Sequence record: PP400788
Source: Escherichia phage FL33
Length of the DNA stretch: 64,000 nt
Reading direction: 5' to 3' (one strand)
A model generated the notes under the pieces. It made no database searches and was not told the DNA's origin. It saw nothing but the letters and a program-made list of their open reading frames with translations. The translations under genes were made by a program, and so were the position numbers. Positions 1 through 12,209 of the stretch are shown one piece after another (within the stretch, counting starts at the first letter, position 1; every line of letters begins with the position of its first letter).

Positions 1-1
1 A

Positions 2-493
<492 letters not shown>

Positions 494-521
494 TATTAAA
501 GCATATTAAAGAGGATTAAAA

Positions 522-2501
522 ATGACTTTATTATCTCCGGGCATTGAGCTCAAAGAAACTACGGTTCAAAGCACCGTTGTTAATAACTCTACTGGTACAG
601 CAGCTTTGGCCGGTAAATTCCAGTGGGGTCCTGCTTTTCAGATTAAACAGGTTACAAATGAAGTAGATTTAGTTAATACTTTTGGTCAACCTACAGCTGA
701 AACTGCTGATTATTTTATGTCTGCAATGAATTTCTTACAATATGGAAATGATTTGCGAGTTGTGCGTGCTGTCGATAGAGATACCGCTAAAAACTCATCT
801 CCGATTGCTGGTAATATTGAATACACTATTTCAGCCCCAGGTAGTAACTACGCGGTTGGAGATAAAATCACGGTTAAGTATGTTTCAGAAAATGTTGAAA
901 CAGAGGGTAAAATTACCGAAGTAGATGCTGATGGAAAAATTAAGAAAATTAATATTCCTACCGCAAAAATTATCGCTAAAGCGAAAGAAGTCGGTGAATA
1001 TCCAGCATTAGGTTCTAACTGGACCGCGGAAATTTCTTCGTCTTCCTCTGGTTTAGCTGCAGTAATAACTCTTGGAAAAATTATTACTGATTCCGGTATT
1101 TTATTAGCTGAAATTGAAAATGCTGAAGCTGCTATGACAGCGGTTGACTTTCAGGCAAATCTCGAAAAATATGGAATTCCAGGAGTAGTAGCTCTTTATC
1201 CAGGCGAGTTGGGCGATAAAATCGAAATTGAAATCGTATCTAAAGCTGACTACGCAAAAGGTGCTTCTGCATTACTCCCAATTTATCCAGGTGGTGGAAC
1301 ACGCGCATCTACTGCCAAGGCAGTGTTTGGATATGGACCACAAACTGATTCACAATACGCTATTATAGTTCGTCGTAATGATGCTATTGTTCAAAGCGTT
1401 GTTCTTTCAACAAAGCGTGGTGAAAAAGATATTTACGATAGTAACATCTATATTGATGACTTTTTCGCAAAAGGTGGTTCAGAATATATTTTTGCAACTG
1501 CACAAAACTGGCCAGAAGGCTTCTCTGGAATTTTAACTCTGTCTGGTGGATTATCATCAAATGCTGAAGTAACAGCAGGAGATTTGATGGAAGCCTGGGA
1601 CTTCTTTGCTGACCGTGAATCCGTTGACGTTCAGTTGTTTATTGCGGGTTCTTGTGCCGGTGAATCTTTAGAAACAGCATCTACTGTCCAAAAACACGTC
1701 GTTTCAATTGGGGATGCTCGCCAAGATTGCTTAGTATTGTGCTCACCACCGCGTGAAACTGTAGTTGGAATTCCTGTAACTCGTGCTGTCGATAACTTAG
1801 TCAATTGGAGAACTGCAACGGGTTCATACACTGATAATAACTTTAATATCAGTTCAACCTATGCAGCAATTGATGGTAACTACAAATATCAGTATGACAA
1901 ATATAATGATGTAAATCGCTGGGTTCCATTAGCAGCTGATATTGCCGGTTTATGTGCAAGAACCGATAACGTTTCTCAGACTTGGATGTCTCCAGCTGGT
2001 TATAATCGCGGTCAGATTCTTAACGTTATTAAACTTGCTATTGAAACTCGCCAAGCTCAGCGCGACCGTTTATACCAAGAAGCTATCAACCCAGTAACTG
2101 GTACAGGTGGTGATGGTTACGTATTATATGGTGATAAAACAGCTACTTCTGTTCCTTCTCCATTTGATCGTATTAACGTTCGTCGTCTGTTTAATATGTT
2201 GAAAACGAATATCGGACGTAGTTCAAAATATCGTTTGTTCGAATTAAACAACGCGTTTACTCGTTCATCATTCCGCACAGAAACTGCCCAATACTTACAG
2301 GGAATTAAAGCTCTCGGTGGAATTTATGAATATCGTGTAGTTTGCGATACAACAAATAATACTCCGTCAGTAATTGATAGAAATGAGTTTGTTGCAACAT
2401 TCTACATCCAACCGGCTAGAAGCATTAACTACATTACCTTGAACTTCGTAGCAACTGCTACTGGTGCAGATTTCGATGAGTTAACTGGTCTTGCAGGTTA
2501 A
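522..2501 (+). CDS. 18: tail sheath protein gp18
   Basis: 659-aa ORF, length and sequence as T4 gp18; position between 17 and 19. Confidence 0.97.
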   Translation: MTLLSPGIELKETTVQSTVVNNSTGTAALAGKFQWGPAFQIKQVTNEVDLVNTFGQPTAETADYFMSAMNFLQYGNDLRVVRAVDRDTAKNSSPIAGNIEYTISAPGSNYAVGDKITVKYVSENVETEGKITEVDADGKIKKINIPTAKIIAKAKEVGEYPALGSNWTAEISSSSSGLAAVITLGKIITDSGILLAEIENAEAAMTAVDFQANLEKYGIPGVVALYPGELGDKIEIEIVSKADYAKGASALLPIYPGGGTRASTAKAVFGYGPQTDSQYAIIVRRNDAIVQSVVLSTKRGEKDIYDSNIYIDDFFAKGGSEYIFATAQNWPEGFSGILTLSGGLSSNAEVTAGDLMEAWDFFADRESVDVQLFIAGSCAGESLETASTVQKHVVSIGDARQDCLVLCSPPRETVVGIPVTRAVDNLVNWRTATGSYTDNNFNISSTYAAIDGNYKYQYDKYNDVNRWVPLAADIAGLCARTDNVSQTWMSPAGYNRGQILNVIKLAIETRQAQRDRLYQEAINPVTGTGGDGYVLYGDKTATSVPSPFDRINVRRLFNMLKTNIGRSSKYRLFELNNAFTRSSFRTETAQYLQGIKALGGIYEYRVVCDTTNNTPSVIDRNEFVATFYIQPARSINYITLNFVATATGADFDELTGLAG

Positions 2502-2517
2502 TACGGTGCATTCTAAA

Positions 2518-2535
2518 GGCCTGTTTCGGCAGGCC
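2518..2535 (+). terminator. GC hairpin after gene 18 (attenuator/RNA-stability hairpin)
   Basis: ggcctg-tttcgg-caggcc inverted repeat 17 nt after stop; no strong T-run, so partial terminator at best. Confidence 0.45.
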
Positions 2536-2595
2536 ATATAAATACACTATATCCTTAATTCTTTAATTCTATATGCCCTAGGTTAAACATAGGGA

Positions 2596-2603
2596 TATAA
2601 ATA
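2596..2603 (+). promoter_or_regulatory. late promoter TATAAATA upstream of gene 19
   Basis: Exact TATAAATA 15 nt upstream of ATG at 2618; second copy at 2537-2544. Confidence 0.65.
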
Positions 2604-2617
2604 CTACAGAGGCTAAT

Positions 2618-3109
2618 ATGTTTGTAGATGATGTAACACGAGCGTTTGAATCTGGTGATTTTGCTCGACCTAACTTATTCCAAGTAGAAATTTCTTATCT
2701 TGGACAAAATTTTACGTTTCAATGCAAAGCCACTGCTTTACCAGCTGGTATTGTAGAAAAAATTCCAGTCGGATTTATGAACCGTAAAATTAACGTAGCA
2801 GGCGATCGTACATTCGATGACTGGACTATTACAGTAATGAATGATGAGGCACATGATGCACGCCAGAAGTTTGTTGACTGGCAAAGCATTGCTGCTGGGC
2901 AAGGAAACGAAATTACTGGTGGAAAACCAGCAGAGTATAAAAAGAGTGCTATTGTACGCCAATATGCTCGTGACGCTAAAACTGTAACAAAAGAAGTCGA
3001 AATTAAAGGCCTGTGGCCTACTAACGTGGGTGAACTTCAGTTAGATTGGGATTCAAACAATGAAATCCAAACCTTTGAAGTAACTCTTGCTCTCGATTAT
3101 TGGGAATAA
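2618..3109 (+). CDS. 19: tail tube protein gp19
   Basis: 163-aa ORF, length and sequence as T4 gp19. Confidence 0.97.
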   Translation: MFVDDVTRAFESGDFARPNLFQVEISYLGQNFTFQCKATALPAGIVEKIPVGFMNRKINVAGDRTFDDWTITVMNDEAHDARQKFVDWQSIAAGQGNEITGGKPAEYKKSAIVRQYARDAKTVTKEVEIKGLWPTNVGELQLDWDSNNEIQTFEVTLALDYWE

Positions 3110-3116
3110 AATGAAT

Positions 3117-3130
3117 GGGGAGAAATCCCC
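3117..3130 (+). terminator. hairpin after gene 19
   Basis: gggg-agaaat-cccc stem-loop 8 nt after stop. Confidence 0.4.
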
Positions 3131-3141
3131 ATCCTGCTTAA

Positions 3142-4766
<1,625 letters not shown>

Positions 4767-4767
<1 letters not shown>

Positions 4768-5012
4768 TGGAAGGTTTAATTGAAGCTATTAAATCAAACG
4801 ACCTCGTAGCCGCTCGTAAATTATTTGCTGAAGCCATGGCTGCAAGAACGATTGATTTAATTAAAGAAGAAAAAATCGCTATCGCTCGTAATTTCTTAAT
4901 CGAAGGTGAAGAACCTGAAGACGAGGATGATGAAGACGAAGATAGTGATGATAAAGAAGACAAAAAAGACAAAGACTCTGATGAAGATGACGAAGACGAG
5001 GATGATGAATAA
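4767..5012 (+). CDS. 67: prohead core protein gp67 (acidic C-terminus)
   Basis: 81-aa ORF with poly-Asp/Glu tail; start overlaps gene 20 stop (ATGA-type coupling); T4 synteny. Confidence 0.85.
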
Positions 5013-5437
5013 TGCTTCTGATCCCTGAAACTCATGAATTAGTTCTCGAGAATGTCGAAGCACTTATTCCTGAAGCACAGGGTCGCTTTGACGAATTGTC
5101 TTCTGCTTTAAATAAAGACGATATAAATACAATTATCGAGAATATGCTTGATGATGAAACTGATTTAGCAGTTGCATTAGCTTCTATTAATGAAAATATG
5201 CCGTTAAATGAATTCATTGTTAAGCATGTTTCAGCTCGTGGTGAAATTACACGTACTAAAGACCGCAAAACACGCGAACGTAATGCATTTCAAACCACTG
5301 GGCTGTCTAAAGCAAAACGTAGACAAATTGCTCGCAAAGCTACCAAAACGAAGATTGCCAATCCAGCAGGTCAATCTCGTGCTCAGCGTAAGCGTAAAAA
5401 AGCTCTTAAACGCCGTAAAGCATTAGGATTAAGCTAA
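5012..5437 (+). CDS. 68: prohead core protein gp68
   Basis: 141-aa ORF, basic C-terminus; coupled starts with 67 and 21; T4 synteny. Confidence 0.85.
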   Translation: MLLIPETHELVLENVEALIPEAQGRFDELSSALNKDDINTIIENMLDDETDLAVALASINENMPLNEFIVKHVSARGEITRTKDRKTRERNAFQTTGLSKAKRRQIARKATKTKIANPAGQSRAQRKRKKALKRRKALGLS

Positions 5438-6075
5438 TGAATGAACCCCAATTACTAATTGAAACTTGGGGTCAACCTGGCGAAATTATTGATGGTGTGC
5501 CAATGCTTGAATCCCACGATGGAAAAGACTTAGGTTTAAAACCGGGTTTATACATCGAAGGAATATTCATGCAAGCGGAAGTCGTCAATAGAAATAAACG
5601 TCTTTATCCAAAACGTATATTAGAAAAAGCGGTAAAAGACTATATTAATGAGCAAGTTTTAACTAAACAAGCTCTCGGAGAATTAAATCATCCTCCACGC
5701 GCTAATGTTGACCCGATGCAAGCCGCTATCATTATAGAAGATATGTGGTGGAAAGGAAATGACGTATACGGACGAGCTCGTGTTATTGAAGGTGACCATG
5801 GTCCTGGAGATAAATTAGCAGCTAATATTCGTGCCGGATGGATTCCAGGAGTTTCTTCTCGTGGATTAGGTTCATTGACTGACACAAATAAAGGTTATCG
5901 TATCGTAAACGAAGGATTCAAATTAACTGTAGGTGTTGATGCAGTATGGGGTCCAAGTGCTCCAGATGCATGGGTAACTCCTAAGGAAATTACCGAATCA
6001 CAGACGGCGGAAGCCGATACAAGTGCCGATGACGCCTATATGGCTCTCGCAGAGGCCATGAAAAAAGCGTTATAA
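5437..6075 (+). CDS. 21: prohead core protease gp21
   Basis: 212-aa ORF, sequence and position as T4 gp21. Confidence 0.95.
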   Translation: MNEPQLLIETWGQPGEIIDGVPMLESHDGKDLGLKPGLYIEGIFMQAEVVNRNKRLYPKRILEKAVKDYINEQVLTKQALGELNHPPRANVDPMQAAIIIEDMWWKGNDVYGRARVIEGDHGPGDKLAANIRAGWIPGVSSRGLGSLTDTNKGYRIVNEGFKLTVGVDAVWGPSAPDAWVTPKEITESQTAEADTSADDAYMALAEAMKKAL

Positions 6076-6078
6076 ATA
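6071..6078 (+). promoter_or_regulatory. late promoter TATAAATA upstream of gene 22
   Basis: Exact TATAAATA overlapping gene 21 stop, 28 nt before gene 22 ATG. Confidence 0.7.
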
Positions 6079-6105
6079 TTATTATCTAAACAACAGGACT
6101 ACAAA

Positions 6106-6915
6106 ATGCTTAAAGAACAACTGATTGCCGAAGCGCAGAAAATTGATGCTTCCGTTGCTCTTGATAGTATTTTCGAATCAGTTAATATTTCTCCGGAAGC
6201 AAAAGAAACTTTCGGCACTGTATTCGAAGCTACCGTCAAGCAGCACGCCGTTAAATTAGCTGAATCTCATATCGCTAAAATTGCTGAAAAAGCAGAAGAA
6301 GAAGTAGAAAAAAATAAAGAAGAAGCCGAAGAAAAAGCTGAGAAGAAAATCGCTGAGCAAGCTTCTAAATTCATTGACCATCTTGCAAAAGAATGGCTCG
6401 CTGAAAATAAATTAGCAGTTGATAAAGGCATCAAAGCCGAACTGTTTGAATCCATGCTTGGTGGATTAAAAGAGCTCTTTGTTGAACACAACGTTGTTGT
6501 TCCAGAAGAATCGGTTGATGTTGTAGCTGAAATGGAAGAAGAGCTGCAAGAACATAAAGAAGAATCAGCTCGTCTGTTCGAAGAACTCAATAAGCGTGAC
6601 GCATATATCAATTATGTGCAGCGTGAAGTGGCATTGAGCGAAAGTACTAAAGATCTGACTGAGTCTCAAAAAGAAAAAGTCTCTGCTCTGGTCGAAGGTA
6701 TGGATTATTCAGATGCATTCTCAAGTAAATTGAGTGCAATCGTAGAAATGGTGAAGAAATCTAATAAAGATGAAAGCACTATTACTGAGAGTATAAATAC
6801 TCCTGATACTGAAGCAGCCGGACTGAATTTCGTCACTGAAGCTGTAGAAGATAAAGCTGCACAGGGTGCAGAAGATATTGTAAGTGTATATGCGAAAGTC
6901 GCATCTCGTTTCTAA
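6106..6915 (+). CDS. 22: prohead scaffold core protein gp22
   Basis: 269-aa Glu/Lys-rich coiled-coil ORF; T4 gp22 position and length. Confidence 0.95.
   Translation: MLKEQLIAEAQKIDASVALDSIFESVNISPEAKETFGTVFEATVKQHAVKLAESHIAKIAEKAEEEVEKNKEEAEEKAEKKIAEQASKFIDHLAKEWLAENKLAVDKGIKAELFESMLGGLKELFVEHNVVVPEESVDVVAEMEEELQEHKEESARLFEELNKRDAYINYVQREVALSESTKDLTESQKEKVSALVEGMDYSDAFSSKLSAIVEMVKKSNKDESTITESINTPDTEAAGLNFVTEAVEDKAAQGAEDIVSVYAKVASRF
6792..6799 (+). promoter_or_regulatory. late promoter TATAAATA inside 3' end of gene 22 (serves gene 23)
   Basis: Exact TATAAATA about 135 nt upstream of gene 23 ATG. Confidence 0.6.
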
Positions 6916-6933
6916 TTTTAAAGGTTAACACAA

Positions 6934-8499
6934 ATGACTATCAAAACTAAAGCTGAACTTTTAAACAAATGGAAGCCATTACTGGAAGGTGAAGGTTTAC
7001 CGGAAATTGCTAATAGCAAACAAGCGATTATCGCTAAAATCTTTGAAAACCAGGAAAAAGATTTCCAGACAGCTCCAGAATATAAAGACGAAAAAATTGC
7101 TCAGGCATTTGGTTCTTTCTTAACAGAAGCTGAAATCGGTGGTGACCACGGTTACAATGCTACCAACATCGCTGCAGGTCAGACTTCTGGCGCAGTAACT
7201 CAGATTGGCCCAGCTGTTATGGGTATGGTACGTCGTGCTATTCCTAACCTGATTGCTTTCGATATTTGTGGTGTTCAGCCGATGAACAGCCCAACCGGTC
7301 AGGTATTCGCACTCCGCGCGGTATATGGTAAAGATCCGATCGCTGCCGGTGCTAAAGAAGCATTCCACCCAATGTATGGTCCAGATGCAATGTTCTCTGG
7401 TCAGGGTGCTGCTAAGAAATTCCCAGCTCTGGCTGCTAGCACAGAAACCACAGTAGGTGATATCTATACTCACTTCTTCCAGGACACTGGTACTGTGTAT
7501 CTGCAAGCTTCTGCTCAAGTAACAATTAGTGCAAGCGCAACTGATGCAGATAAATTAGATGCTGAAATTAAGAAACAAATGGAAGCTGGTGCACTGGTAG
7601 AAATCGCTGAAGGTATGGCTACTTCTATCGCTGAACTCCAGGAAGGTTTCAACGGTTCTACCGATAACCCATGGAATGAAATGGGCTTCCGTATCGATAA
7701 ACAAGTTATCGAAGCTAAATCTCGCCAGCTGAAAGCTGCTTACTCTATCGAATTAGCACAAGACCTCCGCGCTGTTCACGGTATGGATGCTGACGCTGAA
7801 CTGTCTGGTATTCTGGCTACAGAAATTATGCTGGAAATCAACCGTGAAGTTGTTGATTGGATTAACTACTCAGCTCAGGTTGGTAAATCTGGTATGACTC
7901 TGACTCCGGGTTCTAAAGCTGGTGTATTTGACTTCCAGGACCCAATCGATATTCGTGGTGCTCGCTGGGCGGGTGAATCCTTTAAAGCTCTGTTGTTCCA
8001 GATTGACAAAGAAGCAGTTGAAATTGCTCGTCAAACCGGTCGCGGCGAAGGTAACTTCATTATCGCTTCTCGTAACGTAGTTAACGTACTGGCTTCTGTT
8101 GATACTGGCATTTCTTATGCTGCTCAAGGTTTGGCAACCGGTTTTAATACTGATACTACTAAGTCAGTATTTGCAGGTGTTCTGGGTGGTAAATACCGTG
8201 TATATATCGACCAGTATGCTAAACAGGATTATTTCACTGTAGGTTATAAAGGTCCGAACGAAATGGATGCTGGTATTTACTATGCTCCATATGTAGCTCT
8301 GACTCCGCTGCGTGGTTCCGATCCGAAGAACTTCCAACCAGTAATGGGATTCAAAACTCGTTACGGTATCGGTATCAACCCATTTGCAGAATCCGCTGCT
8401 CAGGCTCCGGCTTCTCGCATTCAGAGTGGTATGCCTTCTATCCTGAATAGCCTTGGTAAAAACGCTTACTTTAGACGTGTATATGTTAAAGGTATCTAA
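6934..8499 (+). CDS. 23: major capsid protein gp23
   Basis: 521 aa; MTIKTKAELLNKWKPLLEGEGLPEIANSKQAIIAKIFENQEKDF... essentially T4 gp23. Confidence 0.98.
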   Translation: MTIKTKAELLNKWKPLLEGEGLPEIANSKQAIIAKIFENQEKDFQTAPEYKDEKIAQAFGSFLTEAEIGGDHGYNATNIAAGQTSGAVTQIGPAVMGMVRRAIPNLIAFDICGVQPMNSPTGQVFALRAVYGKDPIAAGAKEAFHPMYGPDAMFSGQGAAKKFPALAASTETTVGDIYTHFFQDTGTVYLQASAQVTISASATDADKLDAEIKKQMEAGALVEIAEGMATSIAELQEGFNGSTDNPWNEMGFRIDKQVIEAKSRQLKAAYSIELAQDLRAVHGMDADAELSGILATEIMLEINREVVDWINYSAQVGKSGMTLTPGSKAGVFDFQDPIDIRGARWAGESFKALLFQIDKEAVEIARQTGRGEGNFIIASRNVVNVLASVDTGISYAAQGLATGFNTDTTKSVFAGVLGGKYRVYIDQYAKQDYFTVGYKGPNEMDAGIYYAPYVALTPLRGSDPKNFQPVMGFKTRYGIGINPFAESAAQAPASRIQSGMPSILNSLGKNAYFRRVYVKGI

Positions 8500-8525
8500 T
8501 CTCTAACGATAGAAACACAATTTTA

Positions 8526-8548
8526 GGGAACCTTCGGGTTCCCTTTTT
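8526..8548 (+). terminator. intrinsic terminator after gene 23
   Basis: gggaacc-ttcg-ggttccc hairpin with UUCG tetraloop followed by TTTTT. Confidence 0.85.
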
Positions 8549-9211
8549 CTATTTTATACGATAGCAATCAGGCATATCATCCGCATTTATCCAATTGCGA
8601 ATAGTTTTAGGACTAACTTTAAAATGCTCCGCTGCGTAATCAGGATTATCAAATTTAACGCCCTTTATACATATTGGAATAAATTTTTTAATACCACCAA
8701 GTTTTTCAGAAATAGCTTTACGATGTGAAATCGATATAGGTTTATTTTTTCGTGGATGAACATGTGTTTTATAGTATTCATTGCGCCCTTTAACTCGCTT
8801 CGCAATAGTTTCATCAGATTGCTTAACGCCTGTTTTTGCCTTTGATATTTTTCGTTTAGCTTCCACAGTCATTCCTTCTTTTGTTCGTATTGATAACATA
8901 TTACGATATGAAGGATCTTGCAAATGAACTATAACTGGATTTCCTCTGCCACCAATAGCAGCATTATAGGTATCAGTTCTCATAACGAATTCCTCATTGA
9001 CTAGTAAAGCTTCCATTTTATACATCTCCTCAGATGAGGAGAAAGAATAAAGAATTTCTTTTTTAAAGTTATGAATACCATATTTTTTGATGGATTTTTT
9101 GATGTTTACTCCAGAACCCATATAACCATCGTTTTTGTCAAGAGTAGCATGAGCTCCGATGTAAATTTTTCCATTGATGATATTAGTAATTTGATATATT
9201 AAATATTTCAT
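8549..9211 (-). CDS. segD: GIY-YIG free-standing homing endonuclease (SegD-like)
   Basis: N-terminal GIY-YIG module KYLIYQITNIINGKIYIGAH...GYMGSG; GGAG upstream of ATG at 9211 (ORF extends to 9250); lies between 23 and 24 as in T4. Confidence 0.8.
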   Translation of the reverse strand: MKYLIYQITNIINGKIYIGAHATLDKNDGYMGSGVNIKKSIKKYGIHNFKKEILYSFSSSEEMYKMEALLVNEEFVMRTDTYNAAIGGRGNPVIVHLQDPSYRNMLSIRTKEGMTVEAKRKISKAKTGVKQSDETIAKRVKGRNEYYKTHVHPRKNKPISISHRKAISEKLGGIKKFIPICIKGVKFDNPDYAAEHFKVSPKTIRNWINADDMPDCYRIK

Positions 9212-9275
9212 TTTAAACATCGCTCCGTTTGTATATGAATATAATATCATATTACTTTGGTCTTGTAAATAACTT

Positions 9276-9283
9276 TATAAATA
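9276..9283 (+). promoter_or_regulatory. late promoter TATAAATA upstream of gene 24
   Basis: Exact TATAAATA 28 nt upstream of ATG 9311. Confidence 0.7.
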
Positions 9284-9310
9284 GTATTATATTTCAACAA
9301 GGAAAATACA

Positions 9311-10594
9311 ATGGCTAAAATCAACGAACTTCTGCGCGAATCAACCACAACGAATAGCAACTCAATCGGTCGCCCAAATCTCGTTGCTTTGACTCGCGCT
9401 ACCACTAAATTAATATATTCTGACATTGTAGCAACGCAAAGAACTAATCAACCTGTTGCTGCTTTTTATGGTATCAAATACCTTAACCCAGACAATGAAT
9501 TTACATTTAAAACTGGTGCTACTTACGCTGGTGAAGCCGGATATGTAGACCGAGAACAAATCACAGAATTAACAGAAGAGTCTAAATTAACTCTCAATAA
9601 AGGCGATTTATTCAAATATAATAATATCGTTTATAAAGTATTAGAAGATACTCCATTTGCTGATATTGAAGAAAGCGACTTAGAGTTAGCTCTTCAGATT
9701 GCAATTGTTCTTTTAAAGGTTCGTCTATTTTCTGACGCAGCGTCAACAAGCAAATTTGAAAGCTCTGATAGTGAAATTGCGGATGCTAGATTCCAGATTA
9801 ATAAATGGCAAACCGCGGTTAAATCTCGTAAACTTAAAACTGGCATCACAGTTGAATTAGCGCAAGATTTAGAAGCAAATGGATTCGATGCTCCTAATTT
9901 CTTGGAAGATTTGCTTGCAACTGAAATGGCAGATGAAATCAATAAAGATATTCTGCAGTCTTTGATTACAGTGTCAAAACGCTATAAAGTTACAGGAATT
10001 ACTGATAGTGGATTCATCGATTTGAGTTATGCATCTGCACCTGAAGCGGGTCGTTCATTATATCGAATGGTATGTGAAATGGTTTCGCATATCCAAAAAG
10101 AATCAACTTATACAGCAACGTTCTGTGTTGCTTCAGCTCGTGCCGCTGCGATTCTTGCTGCATCAGGTTGGTTAAAACATAAACCAGAAGATGACAAATA
10201 TCTTTCACAAAATGCCTACGGGTTCTTAGCTAATGGTTTACCACTTTATTGTGATACTAACAGCCCATTAGATTATGTAATCGTTGGCGTAGTAGAAAAT
10301 ATCGGTGAAAAAGAAATTGTTGGATCAATTTTCTATGCTCCGTATACAGAAGGTCTCGACTTAGATGACCCTGAACATGTAGGTGCATTTAAAGTTGTTG
10401 TTGATCCAGAAAGCTTACAACCGTCTATCGGTTTATTAGTTAGATATGCTTTATCAGCAAATCCTTATACCGTAGCAAAAGATGAAAAAGAAGCAAGAGT
10501 AATTGATGGTGGAGACATGGATAAAATGGCGGGTCGTTCAGATTTGTCTGTTTTATTAGGTGTTAAATTACCAAAAATTATTATTGATGAATAA
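9311..10594 (+). CDS. 24: head vertex protein gp24
   Basis: 427-aa ORF; gp23 paralogue at T4 gp24 position and length. Confidence 0.95.
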   Translation: MAKINELLRESTTTNSNSIGRPNLVALTRATTKLIYSDIVATQRTNQPVAAFYGIKYLNPDNEFTFKTGATYAGEAGYVDREQITELTEESKLTLNKGDLFKYNNIVYKVLEDTPFADIEESDLELALQIAIVLLKVRLFSDAASTSKFESSDSEIADARFQINKWQTAVKSRKLKTGITVELAQDLEANGFDAPNFLEDLLATEMADEINKDILQSLITVSKRYKVTGITDSGFIDLSYASAPEAGRSLYRMVCEMVSHIQKESTYTATFCVASARAAAILAASGWLKHKPEDDKYLSQNAYGFLANGLPLYCDTNSPLDYVIVGVVENIGEKEIVGSIFYAPYTEGLDLDDPEHVGAFKVVVDPESLQPSIGLLVRYALSANPYTVAKDEKEARVIDGGDMDKMAGRSDLSVLLGVKLPKIIIDE

Positions 10595-10600
10595 AACAAA

Positions 10601-10621
10601 GGGACCGAAAGGTCCCTTTTT
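10601..10621. terminator. bidirectional hairpin terminator between 24 and rnlB
   Basis: gggacc-gaaa-ggtccc hairpin with GAAA tetraloop, T-runs on both sides. Confidence 0.8.
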
Positions 10622-10623
10622 AT

Positions 10624-11631
10624 TTAGCTCACCAACTCAATCCAATATGGACGAAGTACATCTTGTACCATTTTAACTAATTCCTTTTTAATCAAAGAAG
10701 GATTATCTGCTTGAGTTAGAGTAATACCTTCACGAGAAGTTTCTTCCAAAATATCTTGAACAGTTAGCCCCATCACCTTTCCAAAATCCTTTGGACCAAT
10801 TTCGCCAATTTTAGAAATAACGTTATTTACGCGGTTTAGTGTAACGTAACAAGCTAAAATTCCAACCAATTTGTTATCAGCTTCTGATAGCTCAACTTTA
10901 GCTTTAATAGGCTTATCAGACTTTTTCTTTTCACTAAATTTAGAGTTCTTGCATTTAATCGCTACACGAGCACCGTTTGGCAGCCATTTAGGGAAACAAG
11001 GCTTCAGAACATAACCTTCTGCAGTATTATCACCAATAACATTAGCATCAAATACACAATTATTTGCTTCGACAAGGTCTTCCGATGCCGTAGCGTTATA
11101 AGCGGCTAAGACGGAATCAAGGTCGTTTGGAATCATGATAAGAGCATCAAATGTTCCACGTCCAAGCATTGGTGCCATTTTAAAACCAAACGTATTACAG
11201 AAATCTTGCATTTCGTAATCACTCATGTAATAAGTATCACCGCTTTCCGTGTTTATGATGATATCGAATACATAGAAATCTTTTTCACCGTAGTCAACAC
11301 CTTTCTGAATTCCACCACCAGCGAATTCACCAAAGACTTGATATGTCACCGGCACTGAAGTTGAAATACTGTCCATGACTTCTTGAACGCCTTTAATAGC
11401 TTTATCATACTTTTTGAGTACTATTTCATAGCCATAAAAATCTTCTGCTGGAAGAATAGGGCCAGTACGTTTAGCGCAAGTTACTTTATCACGCTCAATA
11501 ATCAATGAGAAATTTGTGCCGTGAATTTTTTCACGAGCTACCCACTCCCCACCAATCAATCCCAAGCTATAAAGTTTTTCAATAAATTTAGAGTTGTAAT
11601 GATTTTCAAGACTGCTATACTTTTTAAACAT
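10624..11631 (-). CDS. rnlB: RNA ligase 2 (Rnl2)
   Basis: 335-aa ORF; N-terminus [16 protein letters not shown] and adenylyltransferase lysine context EKIHGTN as T4 Rnl2. Confidence 0.93.
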   Translation of the reverse strand: MFKKYSSLENHYNSKFIEKLYSLGLIGGEWVAREKIHGTNFSLIIERDKVTCAKRTGPILPAEDFYGYEIVLKKYDKAIKGVQEVMDSISTSVPVTYQVFGEFAGGGIQKGVDYGEKDFYVFDIIINTESGDTYYMSDYEMQDFCNTFGFKMAPMLGRGTFDALIMIPNDLDSVLAAYNATASEDLVEANNCVFDANVIGDNTAEGYVLKPCFPKWLPNGARVAIKCKNSKFSEKKKSDKPIKAKVELSEADNKLVGILACYVTLNRVNNVISKIGEIGPKDFGKVMGLTVQDILEETSREGITLTQADNPSLIKKELVKMVQDVLRPYWIELVS

Positions 11632-11640
11632 AATTAATCC

Positions 11641-11919
11641 TCAAAATGTAATTTCTAACCAATCACCATCACGCTGATCACTATTAACTTTAAAGCTGAA
11701 TCCTTCTTTTCTCAGCCAATCACCAATTTCTTCAGTAATCAATTTATCACGAGCAATACAATAATAACTAAAATGCGTTTTACCTTGTTCAGCTGCTTTA
11801 TTAGCAAGTTCCGAAAAATCTTTAATAAAACACTCTAGCTTAAACTGTTTACTTTTGAATGCTTTTTCGCGTAATTGATTAGCAAAAGATTCATTTTCAT
11901 AAAGATCATACTGTTCCAT
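11641..11919 (-). CDS. hypothetical protein (T4 24.2 position)
   Basis: 92-aa ORF co-oriented with rnlB, tightly packed. Confidence 0.6.
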   Translation of the reverse strand: MEQYDLYENESFANQLREKAFKSKQFKLECFIKDFSELANKAAEQGKTHFSYYCIARDKLITEEIGDWLRKEGFSFKVNSDQRDGDWLEITF

Positions 11920-12121
11920 TTTTCACCTTTTTATTGATATGTCTTTTTCTATAGACAACTTTTTCTCGAGTTTCAAATTTATTCTTAGCAGTCATAGCTC
12001 GAGCCCATAATACAGCCACTTCTTTTGCCTGTAAGTTTAATTCACGAGCAATTTCAATGAATGACTTTCCAGACTCATGGAGTGTAAACACCACAACCTC
12101 AGTTCTCATAATCAATCTCAT
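11906..12121 (-). CDS. hypothetical small protein, possible HTH (T4 24.3 position)
   Basis: 71-aa ORF overlapping the start of the previous ORF; basic C-terminus. Confidence 0.55.
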   Translation of the reverse strand: MRLIMRTEVVVFTLHESGKSFIEIARELNLQAKEVAVLWARAMTAKNKFETREKVVYRKRHINKKVKNGTV

Positions 12122-12190
12122 GTTATCGAGTTGGTGCCATTATATACATCGTTTTCTGATTGTGTTTTGTGTGCTTTCAAAATGAAGAAA

Positions 12191-12204
12191 GGGGCCGAAG
12201 CCCC
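12191..12204 (-). terminator. hairpin terminator after hoc
   Basis: ggggc-cgaa-gcccc hairpin followed by T-run on minus strand. Confidence 0.7.
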
Positions 12205-12209
12205 TGAGA

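Noticed and set aside
7120-7518. 132-aa minus-strand ORF inside gene 23
   Set aside because: Antisense to the major capsid gene; Cys/Ser-rich composition typical of a non-coding frame.
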